Below, in pieces: positions 19,457-29,690 of a stretch of 64,000 nucleotides of DNA. The stretch comes from Candidatus Eremiobacteria bacterium (lineage in GTDB: Bacteria > Vulcanimicrobiota > Vulcanimicrobiia > Vulcanimicrobiales > Vulcanimicrobiaceae): the NCBI GenBank assembly GCA_963758295.1, contig CAVWUU010000003.1, forward strand, positions 192,001 through 256,000, written 5' to 3'. The notes beneath the pieces are model-generated. The model did no database searches. It saw only the letters and a program-made list of their open reading frames with translations, and was not told where the DNA came from. Every line of letters starts with the position of its first letter. The stretch's first letter is position 1. The position numbers and the translations under genes were made by a program.

Positions 19457-20827
19457 ATGTGCGGGATAACGGGAATCTTTTCACCGGGGCGTGACGCGGC
19501 ACGCCTCGCGTATTTTGGGCTCTACGCGTTGCAGCACCGGGGCCAGGAATCGGCCGGTATTGCTGCAGCCGATGGAGGCACCATCCGCTCGCACAAAGAC
19601 ATGGGCCTCATCGGAGCGATCTTTGACGAAGAAAGTCTCACCGCGCTCGGCGGCCACATTTCAATCGGCCATACCCGGTACTCAACGACCGGTTCGTCGA
19701 TCGTCGTAAACGCTCAGCCGCTTCTGGAGCGGACCGAGCTCGGTGATTTTGCCTTCGCGCATAACGGCAACATCACCAATACCGACGAGATGCGTGCCTC
19801 GCTCGCGCCCAGCACGACACTTCAGGCCACCTCGGACTCCGAAGTAATGGCCAAGACGCTCGTCGAGGCTCGCGGATCGATGCTCGACCGGATCCGTCAG
19901 GTCCTCAGCGTGGCCCGGGGCGCATACTCGATCGTCCTCTGCACCGAAGATGAGCTCTTCGCATTCCGTGATCCGTGGGGCGTGCGTCCGCTATGCATCG
20001 GCACTTTCGGCGACGGCGGCTACGCGGTCGCTTCCGAATCGTGCGCATTGCCGACGATCGGCGCCCAGTACTTGCGTGAAATAGAAGCGGGCGAAATCGT
20101 CCGCATTACCGCGCAGGGGCTGGAGTCGTTCAAGACGCCGACCGACAACGCCCGGCCGGCGCTCTGCATGTTCGAATACATTTATTTCGCGCGGCCCGAC
20201 TCGAGTTTAAATGGCCGCTCGATCTACATGGCGCGCTACGAGATGGGACGTCAACTTGCAAAAGAGCATCCTATCGACGCAGACGTCGTCATGGCTGTTC
20301 CGGATTCCGCCGTTCCCGGCGGCATCGGCTATGCCGCACAAAGCGGCTTGCCGTACGTCGAGGGACTGATCAAGAACCGCTACATCGGCCGGACGTTCAT
20401 CAGCCCGGATCAGGGCATGCGTTCGCGAGGCGTGCAACTGAAGTTCAATCCCGTCGTAGAGAACCTCAAGGGTCAGCGTGTCGTGGTGGTGGATGACTCG
20501 ATCGTTCGCGGCACGACTACTCCGCGCATCGTTTCGCTACTGCGCGAAGCCGGCGCGAAAGAAGTTCACCTGCGCATCACTTCGCCGCCGATCAAGCACC
20601 CGTGCTATCTCGGCGTCGACATGGCAACGTACGACGAACTCATCGCGGCAAATTACACGGTCGAGGAAATTCGCCAAAAGACGGGCGCCGATTCTCTGGG
20701 CTATTTGAGTCTTGAGGGACTAATAGAAGCTAGCGGAAGAAAGGGCGGGGAGATGTGTCTCGGCTGCCTTACCGGCGAATACCCGAACGTCCCCGCCTCG
20801 CATGAAAAGCGCGTTCTAGCGGTTTGA
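19457..20827 (+). CDS. purF: amidophosphoribosyltransferase
   Basis: MCGI, QHRGQESAG, GHTRYST, VDDSIVRGTT, CLGC Fe-S ligands. Confidence 0.97.
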   Translation: MCGITGIFSPGRDAARLAYFGLYALQHRGQESAGIAAADGGTIRSHKDMGLIGAIFDEESLTALGGHISIGHTRYSTTGSSIVVNAQPLLERTELGDFAFAHNGNITNTDEMRASLAPSTTLQATSDSEVMAKTLVEARGSMLDRIRQVLSVARGAYSIVLCTEDELFAFRDPWGVRPLCIGTFGDGGYAVASESCALPTIGAQYLREIEAGEIVRITAQGLESFKTPTDNARPALCMFEYIYFARPDSSLNGRSIYMARYEMGRQLAKEHPIDADVVMAVPDSAVPGGIGYAAQSGLPYVEGLIKNRYIGRTFISPDQGMRSRGVQLKFNPVVENLKGQRVVVVDDSIVRGTTTPRIVSLLREAGAKEVHLRITSPPIKHPCYLGVDMATYDELIAANYTVEEIRQKTGADSLGYLSLEGLIEASGRKGGEMCLGCLTGEYPNVPASHEKRVLAV

Positions 20828-21472
20828 TTGCTTCCCGTGACGCACGTAGCGCACGTGTGTGGCCCGGGGACCATCGAGAACCTTGTCAATGCGGAACTGG
20901 GGCGCGGGCTCGTTTAAGTTCTCGAACAGACGCCTCCCGCCGCCGAACAACACGGGCGCCAAGGCGATTTCCAGCTCGTCAACGACACCAAGATTGAGGT
21001 ACTGCTGAATTACCTCCGCTCCACCCGCGATGCGAACGTCGCGGATGCCCGCCGATTCTCGAGCGAGTTTTAGCGCGCGCTCCGGTCCGTCATTGACGAA
21101 GTAAAACGTCGTCCCGCCGGGACGCACCCACGGTTCGCGTTTCTCATGGGTCAGAACGTATACCGGTGTGTGAAACGGAGCGTCTTCCGGCCAGGAACGC
21201 TCGCCTTGGTCGAACATTCGCTTGCCCATAATGTTTGCGCCGATGCGCTCCGTGGTGCTACGAACCAGGTCGTTGACCGGGCCCGTCTCTCCGCCTGGAC
21301 CGAAGTTGAGGTTCTCGCGGAAGTACTGGAGATTGATCAGCCAGCCCATCAGCGCACCCCACTTGGATCCCCAGTCCTTGTACTGAGGCTCGTCCCAATT
21401 TTCGATGGTCATTCCGTCCGGTGACGTGTAGCCATCGAGGCTAAGTCCGATATTGACGAATACTTTGCTCAT
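20816..21472 (-). CDS. dihydrofolate reductase / RibD C-terminal family protein
   Basis: SLDGY, IMGKRMF, IAGGAEVIQQYL, APVLFGGGRRLF. Confidence 0.85.
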   Translation of the reverse strand: MSKVFVNIGLSLDGYTSPDGMTIENWDEPQYKDWGSKWGALMGWLINLQYFRENLNFGPGGETGPVNDLVRSTTERIGANIMGKRMFDQGERSWPEDAPFHTPVYVLTHEKREPWVRPGGTTFYFVNDGPERALKLARESAGIRDVRIAGGAEVIQQYLNLGVVDELEIALAPVLFGGGRRLFENLNEPAPQFRIDKVLDGPRATHVRYVRHGKQSNR

Positions 21473-21641
21473 GAAGTTCCTCTCGCATGTTCGGGTGCCG
21501 GCCTAACGAATTTTCCACACGGAGAAGCGCAACGGGAACGCGCGCAAGGCTACCTCGTGAAAATAAACTTCGCGATGATTGAATCGTGGCCGCTTTGATG
21601 CGGATCCAAAGCAGTCCTATAAGACCGTCTGACGTTACGCG

Positions 21642-23085
21642 TTAGCGGACGATGTAAGGGCGTAGATCGATCGCATGGCCGGCGAGATCGCTGCCGGCTG
21701 AAGGTTCGAGCGTGATCGTGTGCGTGCCCGGCGTTTTCCAGCGCCAAGCGAAGAAGACGGAGTCGCCGTCGGGCATCGAGTAATTCTGCCAGAGCCCGGT
21801 TTGATCGAACGTTTCGACGCCATCGATAAGCACGTGAACGTGCGCGTTTTGGCAAGCTTGGGCGAGCGTGCCCATAAGTGCGATTCCGGATCCTTTGACG
21901 GTAATGGTCGCCGGCAGCGTTGTAAGCGCCGGCGCGACGTAGAAGTCGCTCCAAGCATCGGTCGTCAAGACTTGCGCGTACGGATCGAGCGAGGCCGCCG
22001 CGATCTCGAGCGCCAGGCCACCATTACTTTCCCAAATCGACGCCCGCTGTTGCGCCGGGCCGTCGAAGAATCGTGCGAACGTACCGTCGGAAGCGCGTGC
22101 GGAAAGCGCCGCTTCGGCGTTGCGCACGACCCACGCTTCCGCAAATGATTCGTGGTTTGCGGCCAGTTCGTACATCGCTTCGACCAGCGGCTCGACGACG
22201 TCGTTTTCGCCTTGCACGTTTGCGAAAATTCCGCGCTCGTCGGAAAGGTTGGTGTCTACGGCATGCGCCGTCGCTAGCGCTTGATCGTAGAACTCGCGAT
22301 TCCCGGTGATCTGCGAGAGCGCAATGCCGTTCCAGATCATGTCGCCGTTGACGGAGGCGAAGAAGCGGTGCGGCTGTTGAACGCACGACTGGCCGTCGTC
22401 GCGTACGTGCACCGTGTATAGCGGCGTATCGGCGTCCAGATAATACTCGCGCGCGGAGGCGTACCGGCTTAGCGCCGCATCGAGGTACGTGTGATCTTGT
22501 GTTGCGCGATAGAGCAGGATCCCGGCCTTGACGGCGTTGGCTTCCGTTTCGAGCGACTTCACGAAGTAGATCGACGGCTGCGGGTGTTGATAGCGAATGC
22601 CCGGGCAGGCTCCCGTAGCAAAAGTCTTCGATCGTTCGACGAAGGCGTAAGCCGCTTTGGCGCGTTCGAGAGCCTGCGGGTCGTCGAGAACTTGGTACTC
22701 GCGCATGAACGTGACCGCATCCCATTCGGGCGTGTCACTCCACGTCGAACAGCCTTGGTCGCCGCAGGTGGGATAGTGAGGACCAGCGTCCAGCAAGCGA
22801 GCGACAACGAGCTTAACTTGCGGATCGTGCGTTGTCTTCCAACGAAGGTAGAGTGCGTCCGTGGCCGAGTCTACGCCCCAGTCGCTATTGGCTTCGCGGC
22901 ACTCCACGTCGTTACAGGCGCGCCAGCGTCCGTCGCCGGCGTAGAACACATTCAGCAGCGTAGTTGTCGCATGAACGCCTGCTTGGGCGAAGCTCACGGG
23001 CTCGCTCGCGCCGGGCATACCGAAAGCAACCCGCAACAAAGAACAGGGCTAGTGCAAACGCGCAAAAGCGACTCCGGGAAGTCAT
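21642..23085 (-). CDS. secreted GH76-like glycoside hydrolase with C-terminal beta-sandwich; apparent extra base near 23010-23025
   Basis: Helical-barrel GH-like ORF 21642-23039. An out-of-frame signal peptide MTSRSRFCAFALALFFVAGC starts at 23085; span = 3n+1. Confidence 0.6.
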
Positions 23086-23155
23086 TCAATCAATTATCGG
23101 TTTGTGTCGCAAAGCGCGTAACTTGCCCGCCCTGCGAAGAGAACTAGCGCGTGGT

Positions 23156-23794
23156 TTATCGCTCGTAGAGCGTTGTCGAGCGTTCGTCGAGGTTTTCCCA
23201 GCCGGTGCGATGGAGTTCGGGCACGGAGGAATGTTCTTGTGCATGGCCGACGCACAGATAGGCGACCAATTGCCAGGACTCCGGCACCTCGAGGGTGCGC
23301 GTGACCGCGTGCGGCTCGAGAATCGAAACCCAGCCGACGCCGATGCCGCGCGCGCGTGCTGCCAGCCAGAACGTATAGATCGACATCGCGACGGAATACG
23401 CCAGCGTCTCGGGCATGGTGCGCCGTCCGAGGCCTTTGCCGGTTTCCGTTTCCGCATCGCAGAAGACCGCGATGTGCACCGGCGCTTCACGCAGTCCTGA
23501 AAGCTTCAGGTTCGCATAGCGCGCCGCGTCGTCGCCGTTGTAGCCGCTCAGTGCCCGGGCGTTCGCGCGTTCGAACGAAGTCTTCACGAGATCGCGGCGT
23601 TCCGGTGTGTTGACCATCACGAAACGCCACGGCTGCGAATATCCGACCGAAGGCGAATGCGTCGCTTCGCGAACCAGCTCCTCGACCGTTTCGCGTGCGA
23701 TGGGATCGCGCCGGAAATGGCGCACGTCGCGGCGCCACGCGAATAGCTGCGAAAGCCGTTCGCGGAACGCTTCGTCAAAGTCCGGTTCCTTCAC
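23156..23794 (-). CDS. bluB: 5,6-dimethylbenzimidazole synthase
   Basis: WRRDVRHF, SPSVGYSQPWRF, LKLSGLREAP, LGRRTMPE, GVGWVSIL. Confidence 0.92.
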   Translation of the reverse strand: MKEPDFDEAFRERLSQLFAWRRDVRHFRRDPIARETVEELVREATHSPSVGYSQPWRFVMVNTPERRDLVKTSFERANARALSGYNGDDAARYANLKLSGLREAPVHIAVFCDAETETGKGLGRRTMPETLAYSVAMSIYTFWLAARARGIGVGWVSILEPHAVTRTLEVPESWQLVAYLCVGHAQEHSSVPELHRTGWENLDERSTTLYER

Positions 23795-24624
23795 GACTCG
23801 GGGAAATGTTTCTCCCGAACGGCGTCGGCGTAGTCACGCAACGCTTCGGTCGCCACGCGCCCTACTTCGGCGAATCGCTTTGCAAAGCGCGGTGAATGAG
23901 GATACATGCCGAGCGCGTCGTGCAGCACGAGGACCTGCGCATCGCAGTACGGGCCGGAGCCAATCCCGATCGTAAGAATAGAAAGCTGCTCGGTGAGTTC
24001 GCGTGCGATTTCGAAATCGACGACTTCCAGCACGATGGCGTATGCGCCGGCGTCCTGCACGGCAAGCGCATCATCGAGAAGGCGGTCGCGATTCGTGCGC
24101 ATCTTATAGCCCGGACCCATGCCGGCTGTTTGCGGTGTGATGCCGATGTGACCGACGACCGGAATACCGGCCGCCGTAATCGCTCGAATACGAGCTGCTT
24201 CGTGTTTGCCGCCTTCGAGTTTCACGGAAGTTGCGCCGGCTTCTTTTACCAGACGAATTGCGTTGCCGAGCGCGTCGCCGTCGCTGACTTGATACGAGCC
24301 GAACGGCATGTCGCAAACAATATGTGCGCGGCCCGTGCCCCGCATCACCGCTTGAGCGTGATGAATCATTTGTTCCATCGTCACGGGCGTCGTCTCGTCG
24401 AAGCCGAGAACGACGTTGCCAAGACTATCGCCGACGAGGATCCAATCGATGCCGGCCTCCTCGGCAAAGCGAGCGAATGCCGCGTCGTATGCCGTGATCA
24501 TCGGGACCGTGGAGAGACCTTTACGGCGCTTGATTGCGCCTGCAGTTACGCGGCGTAGTGCCGGCGCCTTCGCCGGCTCGTAGGGGCGTGAGTCATCTTT
24601 GACCCCCTTGATCGTGCTCGCCAT
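23791..24624 (-). CDS. panB: 3-methyl-2-oxobutanoate hydroxymethyltransferase
   Basis: MITAYD, LVGDSLG, DMPFGSY, VKLEGG, GHIGITPQ. Confidence 0.95.
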   Translation of the reverse strand: MASTIKGVKDDSRPYEPAKAPALRRVTAGAIKRRKGLSTVPMITAYDAAFARFAEEAGIDWILVGDSLGNVVLGFDETTPVTMEQMIHHAQAVMRGTGRAHIVCDMPFGSYQVSDGDALGNAIRLVKEAGATSVKLEGGKHEAARIRAITAAGIPVVGHIGITPQTAGMGPGYKMRTNRDRLLDDALAVQDAGAYAIVLEVVDFEIARELTEQLSILTIGIGSGPYCDAQVLVLHDALGMYPHSPRFAKRFAEVGRVATEALRDYADAVREKHFPES

Positions 24625-24685
24625 AATGGTTGCTCGCTTCTCCGCTGTGGCGAAAAATGCCCGCACCCGCGGGTACTATGAAGAT

Positions 24686-24928
24686 ATGAAAGACAGCAAA
24701 AGCGACCATACTATCAGCGGTCAGATCGAACGCGGAGTCAAGGACGTGCGCGACGGCGCGCATGAAGTGATGCATCGCTCGACGGCTGAAGCCGAACACA
24801 CTCGCCGGGAAACGGAAGGCGATACGATGACGCCGGGAGAGAAAGTCGCCTCGGGCGTGAACGAAGCGAAGAATCGCGTTGAGGCGGAAGGCGACAAAGC
24901 CAAACGCAACGTCCGCGATAACACGTAG
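24686..24928 (+). CDS. small hydrophilic, general-stress-like protein
   Basis: 80 aa, highly charged (hydrophilin-like composition); GGGTAC 9 nt upstream. Confidence 0.65.
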   Translation: MKDSKSDHTISGQIERGVKDVRDGAHEVMHRSTAEAEHTRRETEGDTMTPGEKVASGVNEAKNRVEAEGDKAKRNVRDNT

Positions 24929-24929
24929 C

Positions 24930-25754
24930 CTAAGCCGAAGGCAGAGCTTGCGCGCGCTCCCATGCGAGGAGCGCGCGTTTGCGTTCCTGACCCCAACGAT
25001 ATCCGCTCATCGCGCCGCTTTGCGCGATGACGCGATGACATGGAATTAGAAACGCGACCGGATTGCTACCGACCGCCGTCCCAACAGCGCGCGCACCGGT
25101 CGCCATCGAAAGCGATTGAGCAAGGCGGCCGTACGTCGTCACGGCTCCGGGCGCAATTCCGAGCAGCGCGTTCCAAACACGCAATTGGAAATTCGTTCCG
25201 CGTACGTGGAGTGGAATCGTTGAATTCGAGCGTTCGCCGAAAACTTCTCGGACGATCGACTCGGCAGCGTGGTCATCCCGGCGATAACCTGCGTTCGGAA
25301 GGCCTGCCGTTTGCGGATCGAAATGCGGCTTAGCAACGAAATGGAGCATGCAAATGCCGCGCGGCGTGCGCCCTGCGAGCATCAAGCCGAACGGCGTCTG
25401 CGCGAACCCGTAGGTGATCTCGAGCGCCGCGCCGCCCGATTTATACTCGCCCGGCGACATCGCTTCGATGGATACGAAATGATCGTGCAAACGCGCGGGG
25501 CTCGAGAGACCGACGTCGAGCGAGGCGTCGAGGACCGTCGCATCTTTATCGAGCAGAGCCTTCGCGCTTTCGACGGTAAGCGCGGCGAGAAACTGTTTCG
25601 GCGTGACGCCCGCGTACCGGCGAAAGGTGCGTTGAAAATGGAACGCGCTCAGTCCTACCTGCCCGGCGATCTCTTCGAGCGGCGGCTGGTCTGCGGCGTG
25701 TTCGACGATAAACTCGATGGCGTCGGCGACGCGGCTGTAATCGGTGTCGGTCAT
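24930..25754 (-). CDS. AraC-HTH + methylated-DNA-protein-cysteine methyltransferase (Ada/Ogt-like)
   Basis: HFQRTFRRYAGVTPKQF, GTNFQLRVW, active site PCHRV; no N-terminal Zn domain. Confidence 0.9.
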   Translation of the reverse strand: MTDTDYSRVADAIEFIVEHAADQPPLEEIAGQVGLSAFHFQRTFRRYAGVTPKQFLAALTVESAKALLDKDATVLDASLDVGLSSPARLHDHFVSIEAMSPGEYKSGGAALEITYGFAQTPFGLMLAGRTPRGICMLHFVAKPHFDPQTAGLPNAGYRRDDHAAESIVREVFGERSNSTIPLHVRGTNFQLRVWNALLGIAPGAVTTYGRLAQSLSMATGARAVGTAVGSNPVAFLIPCHRVIAQSGAMSGYRWGQERKRALLAWERAQALPSA

Positions 25755-25888
25755 GGCCTCTTTATTCTACGTTCGGGACGCCGTCAGGGCCCACCCGGAA
25801 CTTGCTTCACTGCCGGAGGCGGGCGGGAAAGCCCGTCGCGAGCGGGTATGTTGCCACCAGGAGGTCCCTTACTATCCTGACCGCCCGT

Positions 25889-28444
25889 GTGGTTCGCTCG
25901 CGAATCAACGAACGTTTCGCCCGCGCCAATCGCTACCCAGTCACGTTGATCGTGGCGCCGGCCGGGTTTGGCAAGACGGTAGCACTTCGCGACTACCTCG
26001 CCTCGTCCGGCGCGGACGCCGCGTCTTACGACGTGCGTCCGGAACATGCTACGCTGACGTCTTTCGCGCGCGGCTTGGCTACGGCGGCTGCGCCGCTGGT
26101 CCCCGACGCGCCGGCGGCTTTCGCGCTTTTGCAGCAACGGTTGCTCGGCGAAGAAGATCAGCTTGGCGTGCTGACCGATTGGTTCGTGGAACACTTCAAA
26201 GACGTTTTCGGAACGGTCGTCATCGACGATCTCCATTATGCGATGGAAGACCAGCGCACCGTTCCGTTTCTCGTTTCGCTAATCGAACGCACGTCCGGAC
26301 GATTGAAGTGGATTCTATCGTCACGCAATGACGCAGGCTTACCCATCGCTTCTTGGCTCGCCTACGGGCGCATCGACGTTCCGGTTCGCGAAGAAGATTT
26401 GCGCTTCTCCCGCGACGAGGCGGTGAGCGTCACGTCTGGTGAAGGCGTCGACGATCGCGAGATTGAGGCGCTGCGATCCTTGACCGGCGGCTGGCCGGTG
26501 GCGCTTACCCTTGCGTTGCATTCGCGAACGCATGCCTCGGACTTAGCAGGCATAGCGACAGGCACGCGAGACTTGTTGTATCGCTATTTGGCCGAGCAAA
26601 TCTTCAATGGCTTGGACGAACGGTCGCAGTCGATTTTGCTTCAAACGAGTGTGGCAGGCGCCTTTGGATTATCGCTCACCGAAGCGCTTGGCATCCGGCG
26701 TGTAGAGGTAGACCAGCTGCGCTCGGCCGTCGGATTTCTCACCGAAACCGCTCCGGGCGCCTATCGCTATCACGATCTGTTCCGCGAGTTCTTGGAAGCG
26801 CAACTTCACGCGGCCGGCGCTACGCAATGGCGCAACGTTTGTGAAACCGTTGCGGGCGCGCTTCGCGCACAAGGCGAGGACGTCGCCGCGTTGCGCCTCT
26901 ACACACGCGCCGCATGCGCCGGCGGCATCATCGAGATTCTGCAGCGAAACGGCACGGCACTTTTCGAACGGGGCGAAGGCGAAGCCCTGAGCGAAGCACT
27001 GGCGAGTCTCAACGGATCGCAGCGTTTGGACGCCTCGGTTCTGGGCGTAAAAGCGATGCTAGAAGCGGCGCGCGGGCATTTCGAGCTTGCCGAGCGCGAC
27101 TTTCTCGACGCGATCGACCGCGCACAAGATGGCAAGCTTCGCCTTACCCTCGTTCATCGCTACGCCATCGAGTTGATCCGGCACGAGCGTAATGCCATTA
27201 CGCTGCTCGAGCCATACGTTCGCGACGCGACGCTCCCGCCCAATCTGCGCGTGCCGATGCTGGCGACGTTCGCTACGGCGCTAGCGCGCGCGAACCGGCT
27301 CGACGAAGCAGCGCTCAACATCACGGCCGGAATCAACGCGATCGACGGCAGCGTAAACGACGACGCCCGCGCGCGATTTTACCAGCAGGCCGCGTTCGTG
27401 CACCATTTGATGTCCTCGCGCGGCCACGCTTGGAATTACGCGAATCTTGCAATCGAACTGGCGGTGAAAGACGGTCTTTACGAAGTAGCCGCTCGCGCGT
27501 ATAGCGTCCTCTACACGATCGTGTACGACGACGAAGACGATCCGCTTGAAAGCCTGATTCTGCTCGATCGCCTTATCGAATGCGCACGAAAGGGCGGTAG
27601 CGTGCAAACGCGCTTGTATGGGCTAATGGCGTCCTTCGAAATTCAAGCGGAACGCGGCGACGATTTTGCGATCGAACGCCTCGAACACGAAATGGAACGC
27701 ACCGCCGGCACGCTCATGCAAACGCGCGCCGAGACGCTCCTGCCGGCGCGCGCAATGCGCTCGGCATCCGAGGGCGACTTCCAGCATGCCTTCGCCTTGC
27801 TCGACGGCACCGGCGAATCGCAGTCGAATCCGGAACGGCGCGCGCTTCGCGAATCGGAAATCGCCCTTTACGCTTACGCAACCGGACAAACGGCGGATGC
27901 AGAAGCAGCGCACGCCCGGTCGTCTGCGGCGCTCGCGCAATGTCAAAACGTGACACGCAGAACGACGCGCACGCGGGTGATGCTCGCCCTTTGCGAATTG
28001 ATTCGGGGTCATTCGTCGGCGGCGCACCGCTTCTTAAGCGAAGCCGAACGGGCCGGCTCGATCAGGTCGCGTCGTTTGCGCTCGCTCGTGACGGCTGCGC
28101 GCGCGTTATACCGGCGTACCCTGGATCAAGTCGACGCCGAAGACGTCGAAGCCGCGTTGGAGCGCTTGCGAACCGATCAATTCGGCGGAATCGCGCGCAT
28201 GCTCGAAGCGTTGCCGTTGGCACCGGAAGGACAGCACGGCGGTTATGCGTTGCTCACGCCGTCCGAACGGCGCATTTTGAGCGCGCTTGCGCGCGGCGGG
28301 ACGTCGAAGGACATCGGTACGGCGAGCGGGCGCAGCGCGCAAACCGTCGACACGCACATTCGCTCCATTTGCCGCAAGCTGAAGTGCAGCGGAAGGCGTG
28401 AAGCGGTCGCGTTAGCAATTCGGTCCGGCTGGGTAGAGACGTAG
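25889..28444 (+). CDS. MalT-like ATP-binding LuxR-family regulator
   Basis: APAGFGKT, VVIDDLH, TGGWPVAL, YRYHDLFREFL, C-terminal LuxR HTH; start uncertain (25802-25889). Confidence 0.88.
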   Translation: MVRSRINERFARANRYPVTLIVAPAGFGKTVALRDYLASSGADAASYDVRPEHATLTSFARGLATAAAPLVPDAPAAFALLQQRLLGEEDQLGVLTDWFVEHFKDVFGTVVIDDLHYAMEDQRTVPFLVSLIERTSGRLKWILSSRNDAGLPIASWLAYGRIDVPVREEDLRFSRDEAVSVTSGEGVDDREIEALRSLTGGWPVALTLALHSRTHASDLAGIATGTRDLLYRYLAEQIFNGLDERSQSILLQTSVAGAFGLSLTEALGIRRVEVDQLRSAVGFLTETAPGAYRYHDLFREFLEAQLHAAGATQWRNVCETVAGALRAQGEDVAALRLYTRAACAGGIIEILQRNGTALFERGEGEALSEALASLNGSQRLDASVLGVKAMLEAARGHFELAERDFLDAIDRAQDGKLRLTLVHRYAIELIRHERNAITLLEPYVRDATLPPNLRVPMLATFATALARANRLDEAALNITAGINAIDGSVNDDARARFYQQAAFVHHLMSSRGHAWNYANLAIELAVKDGLYEVAARAYSVLYTIVYDDEDDPLESLILLDRLIECARKGGSVQTRLYGLMASFEIQAERGDDFAIERLEHEMERTAGTLMQTRAETLLPARAMRSASEGDFQHAFALLDGTGESQSNPERRALRESEIALYAYATGQTADAEAAHARSSAALAQCQNVTRRTTRTRVMLALCELIRGHSSAAHRFLSEAERAGSIRSRRLRSLVTAARALYRRTLDQVDAEDVEAALERLRTDQFGGIARMLEALPLAPEGQHGGYALLTPSERRILSALARGGTSKDIGTASGRSAQTVDTHIRSICRKLKCSGRREAVALAIRSGWVET

Positions 28445-28448
28445 CCGT

Positions 28449-29690
28449 ATGCGTCGTGCGCTTGCTCTGTCGATGTTGTGCTCTCTTCTCGCAGCATGCG
28501 GTGGGAGCCAATTGGGCAGCTCCGCCGGAGGGCCAGTTCTTCCGGCACGAGCCGGCTCGCACACGAATGACGCTGCCACGGCACTCCCCGGCGATGCGGC
28601 TACGGCTCTTCCCGGCGATGCTGCAACGGCGCTTCCCGGGGACGCGGCAACCGCGCTCCCCGGCGACGCAGCGACCGCATTGCCCGGCGCAACGCTCGCA
28701 TGCCCCCTCGTGCAAGCACCCGGACAAGGCAACTGTTCCGTCGCCATCAACCTTTCGTTCGCGCCGCTAGCCTCGCTCGCGCCCGGCTCCATTATCCCAG
28801 GCCTGCACCCCTCCGATCTAACGACACGCTATGCGCTGCCAGCGTCACCGGGAGGGACCGTGGCGATCGTCGATGCGTATGACGATCCGGTCGCGGAATC
28901 CGACTTGGCGATGTACCGCGCGGCGTTCGGCCTGCCGCCGTGCACCACCGCAAACGGCTGCTTAAAGAAAGTCGACGAACGCGGCGGCTCTTCGCTCCCG
29001 TCGCTTAATATCGCCTGGGCGCAAGAGATTTCGCTCGATCTGGATATGGTGTCCGCCGCCTGCCCGTCATGTTCCATCTTGCTCGTAGAAGCGAAAAGCG
29101 CCTCGATCGACGACCTCGGAACAGGCGTCGATACGGCCGCTGCAGCCGGCGTGCGCGCGATTAGCAACAGCTACTACGCGGCGGAGTGGAGCGGCGAAAC
29201 GAGCGAAGACGCACATTACAATCATCCCGGCGTGCCGATCGTCGCGAGCGCCGGCGACGCACCGTATCCCTTCTATCCCGCGTCCTCGCCGAACGTTATT
29301 TCGGTTGGCGGCACGTCGCTTTCGAAGTCGGGCGGAACGTTCACGGAAACGCCGTGGCAATACGGCGGTCGCGGATGCAGCGGTTATGAGACGCAGCCCG
29401 ACTATCAGAAGAAGCTCACGACGTGTAAGACGCGTTACGCCGTCGACATTGCGGCGGTTGCCGATCCGAATACAGGCGTCGCGATGTTCGACTCGCTCTC
29501 GGGCGGCTGGCTCGTGGCAGGCGGAACGAGCGTCGGTGCCCCGCTCGTTGCCGCTGCATATGCGCTCGCGCGCAACGGCGCGCCGCCGTCGCAAGCCTAC
29601 GCGCACTACACTTCATTCTTCGACGTGCCGCCCGCAGGCTTCGATGCCGCAACGGGACTCGGATCACCTAACGGCCTCGGCGGTCTCTAA
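28449..29690 (+). CDS. lipoprotein S53 (sedolisin-like) serine protease
   Basis: LAAC lipobox, EISLDLD, ASAGD, GGTSVGAP, GFDAATGLGSPN. Confidence 0.85.
   Translation: MRRALALSMLCSLLAACGGSQLGSSAGGPVLPARAGSHTNDAATALPGDAATALPGDAATALPGDAATALPGDAATALPGATLACPLVQAPGQGNCSVAINLSFAPLASLAPGSIIPGLHPSDLTTRYALPASPGGTVAIVDAYDDPVAESDLAMYRAAFGLPPCTTANGCLKKVDERGGSSLPSLNIAWAQEISLDLDMVSAACPSCSILLVEAKSASIDDLGTGVDTAAAAGVRAISNSYYAAEWSGETSEDAHYNHPGVPIVASAGDAPYPFYPASSPNVISVGGTSLSKSGGTFTETPWQYGGRGCSGYETQPDYQKKLTTCKTRYAVDIAAVADPNTGVAMFDSLSGGWLVAGGTSVGAPLVAAAYALARNGAPPSQAYAHYTSFFDVPPAGFDAATGLGSPNGLGGL
28569..28688 (+). repeat. 5 x 24-bp coding tandem repeat (DAATALPG)
   Basis: Five identical octapeptides encoded with different synonymous codons. 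Confidence 0.95.

Noticed and set aside
25755..25800. LexA box upstream of the ada-like gene
   Set aside because: Only a half site (CGAAC) is present, with no GTTC partner.
28569..28688. CRISPR-like repeat
   Set aside because: Contiguous in-frame coding repeats with no spacers and no cas genes.
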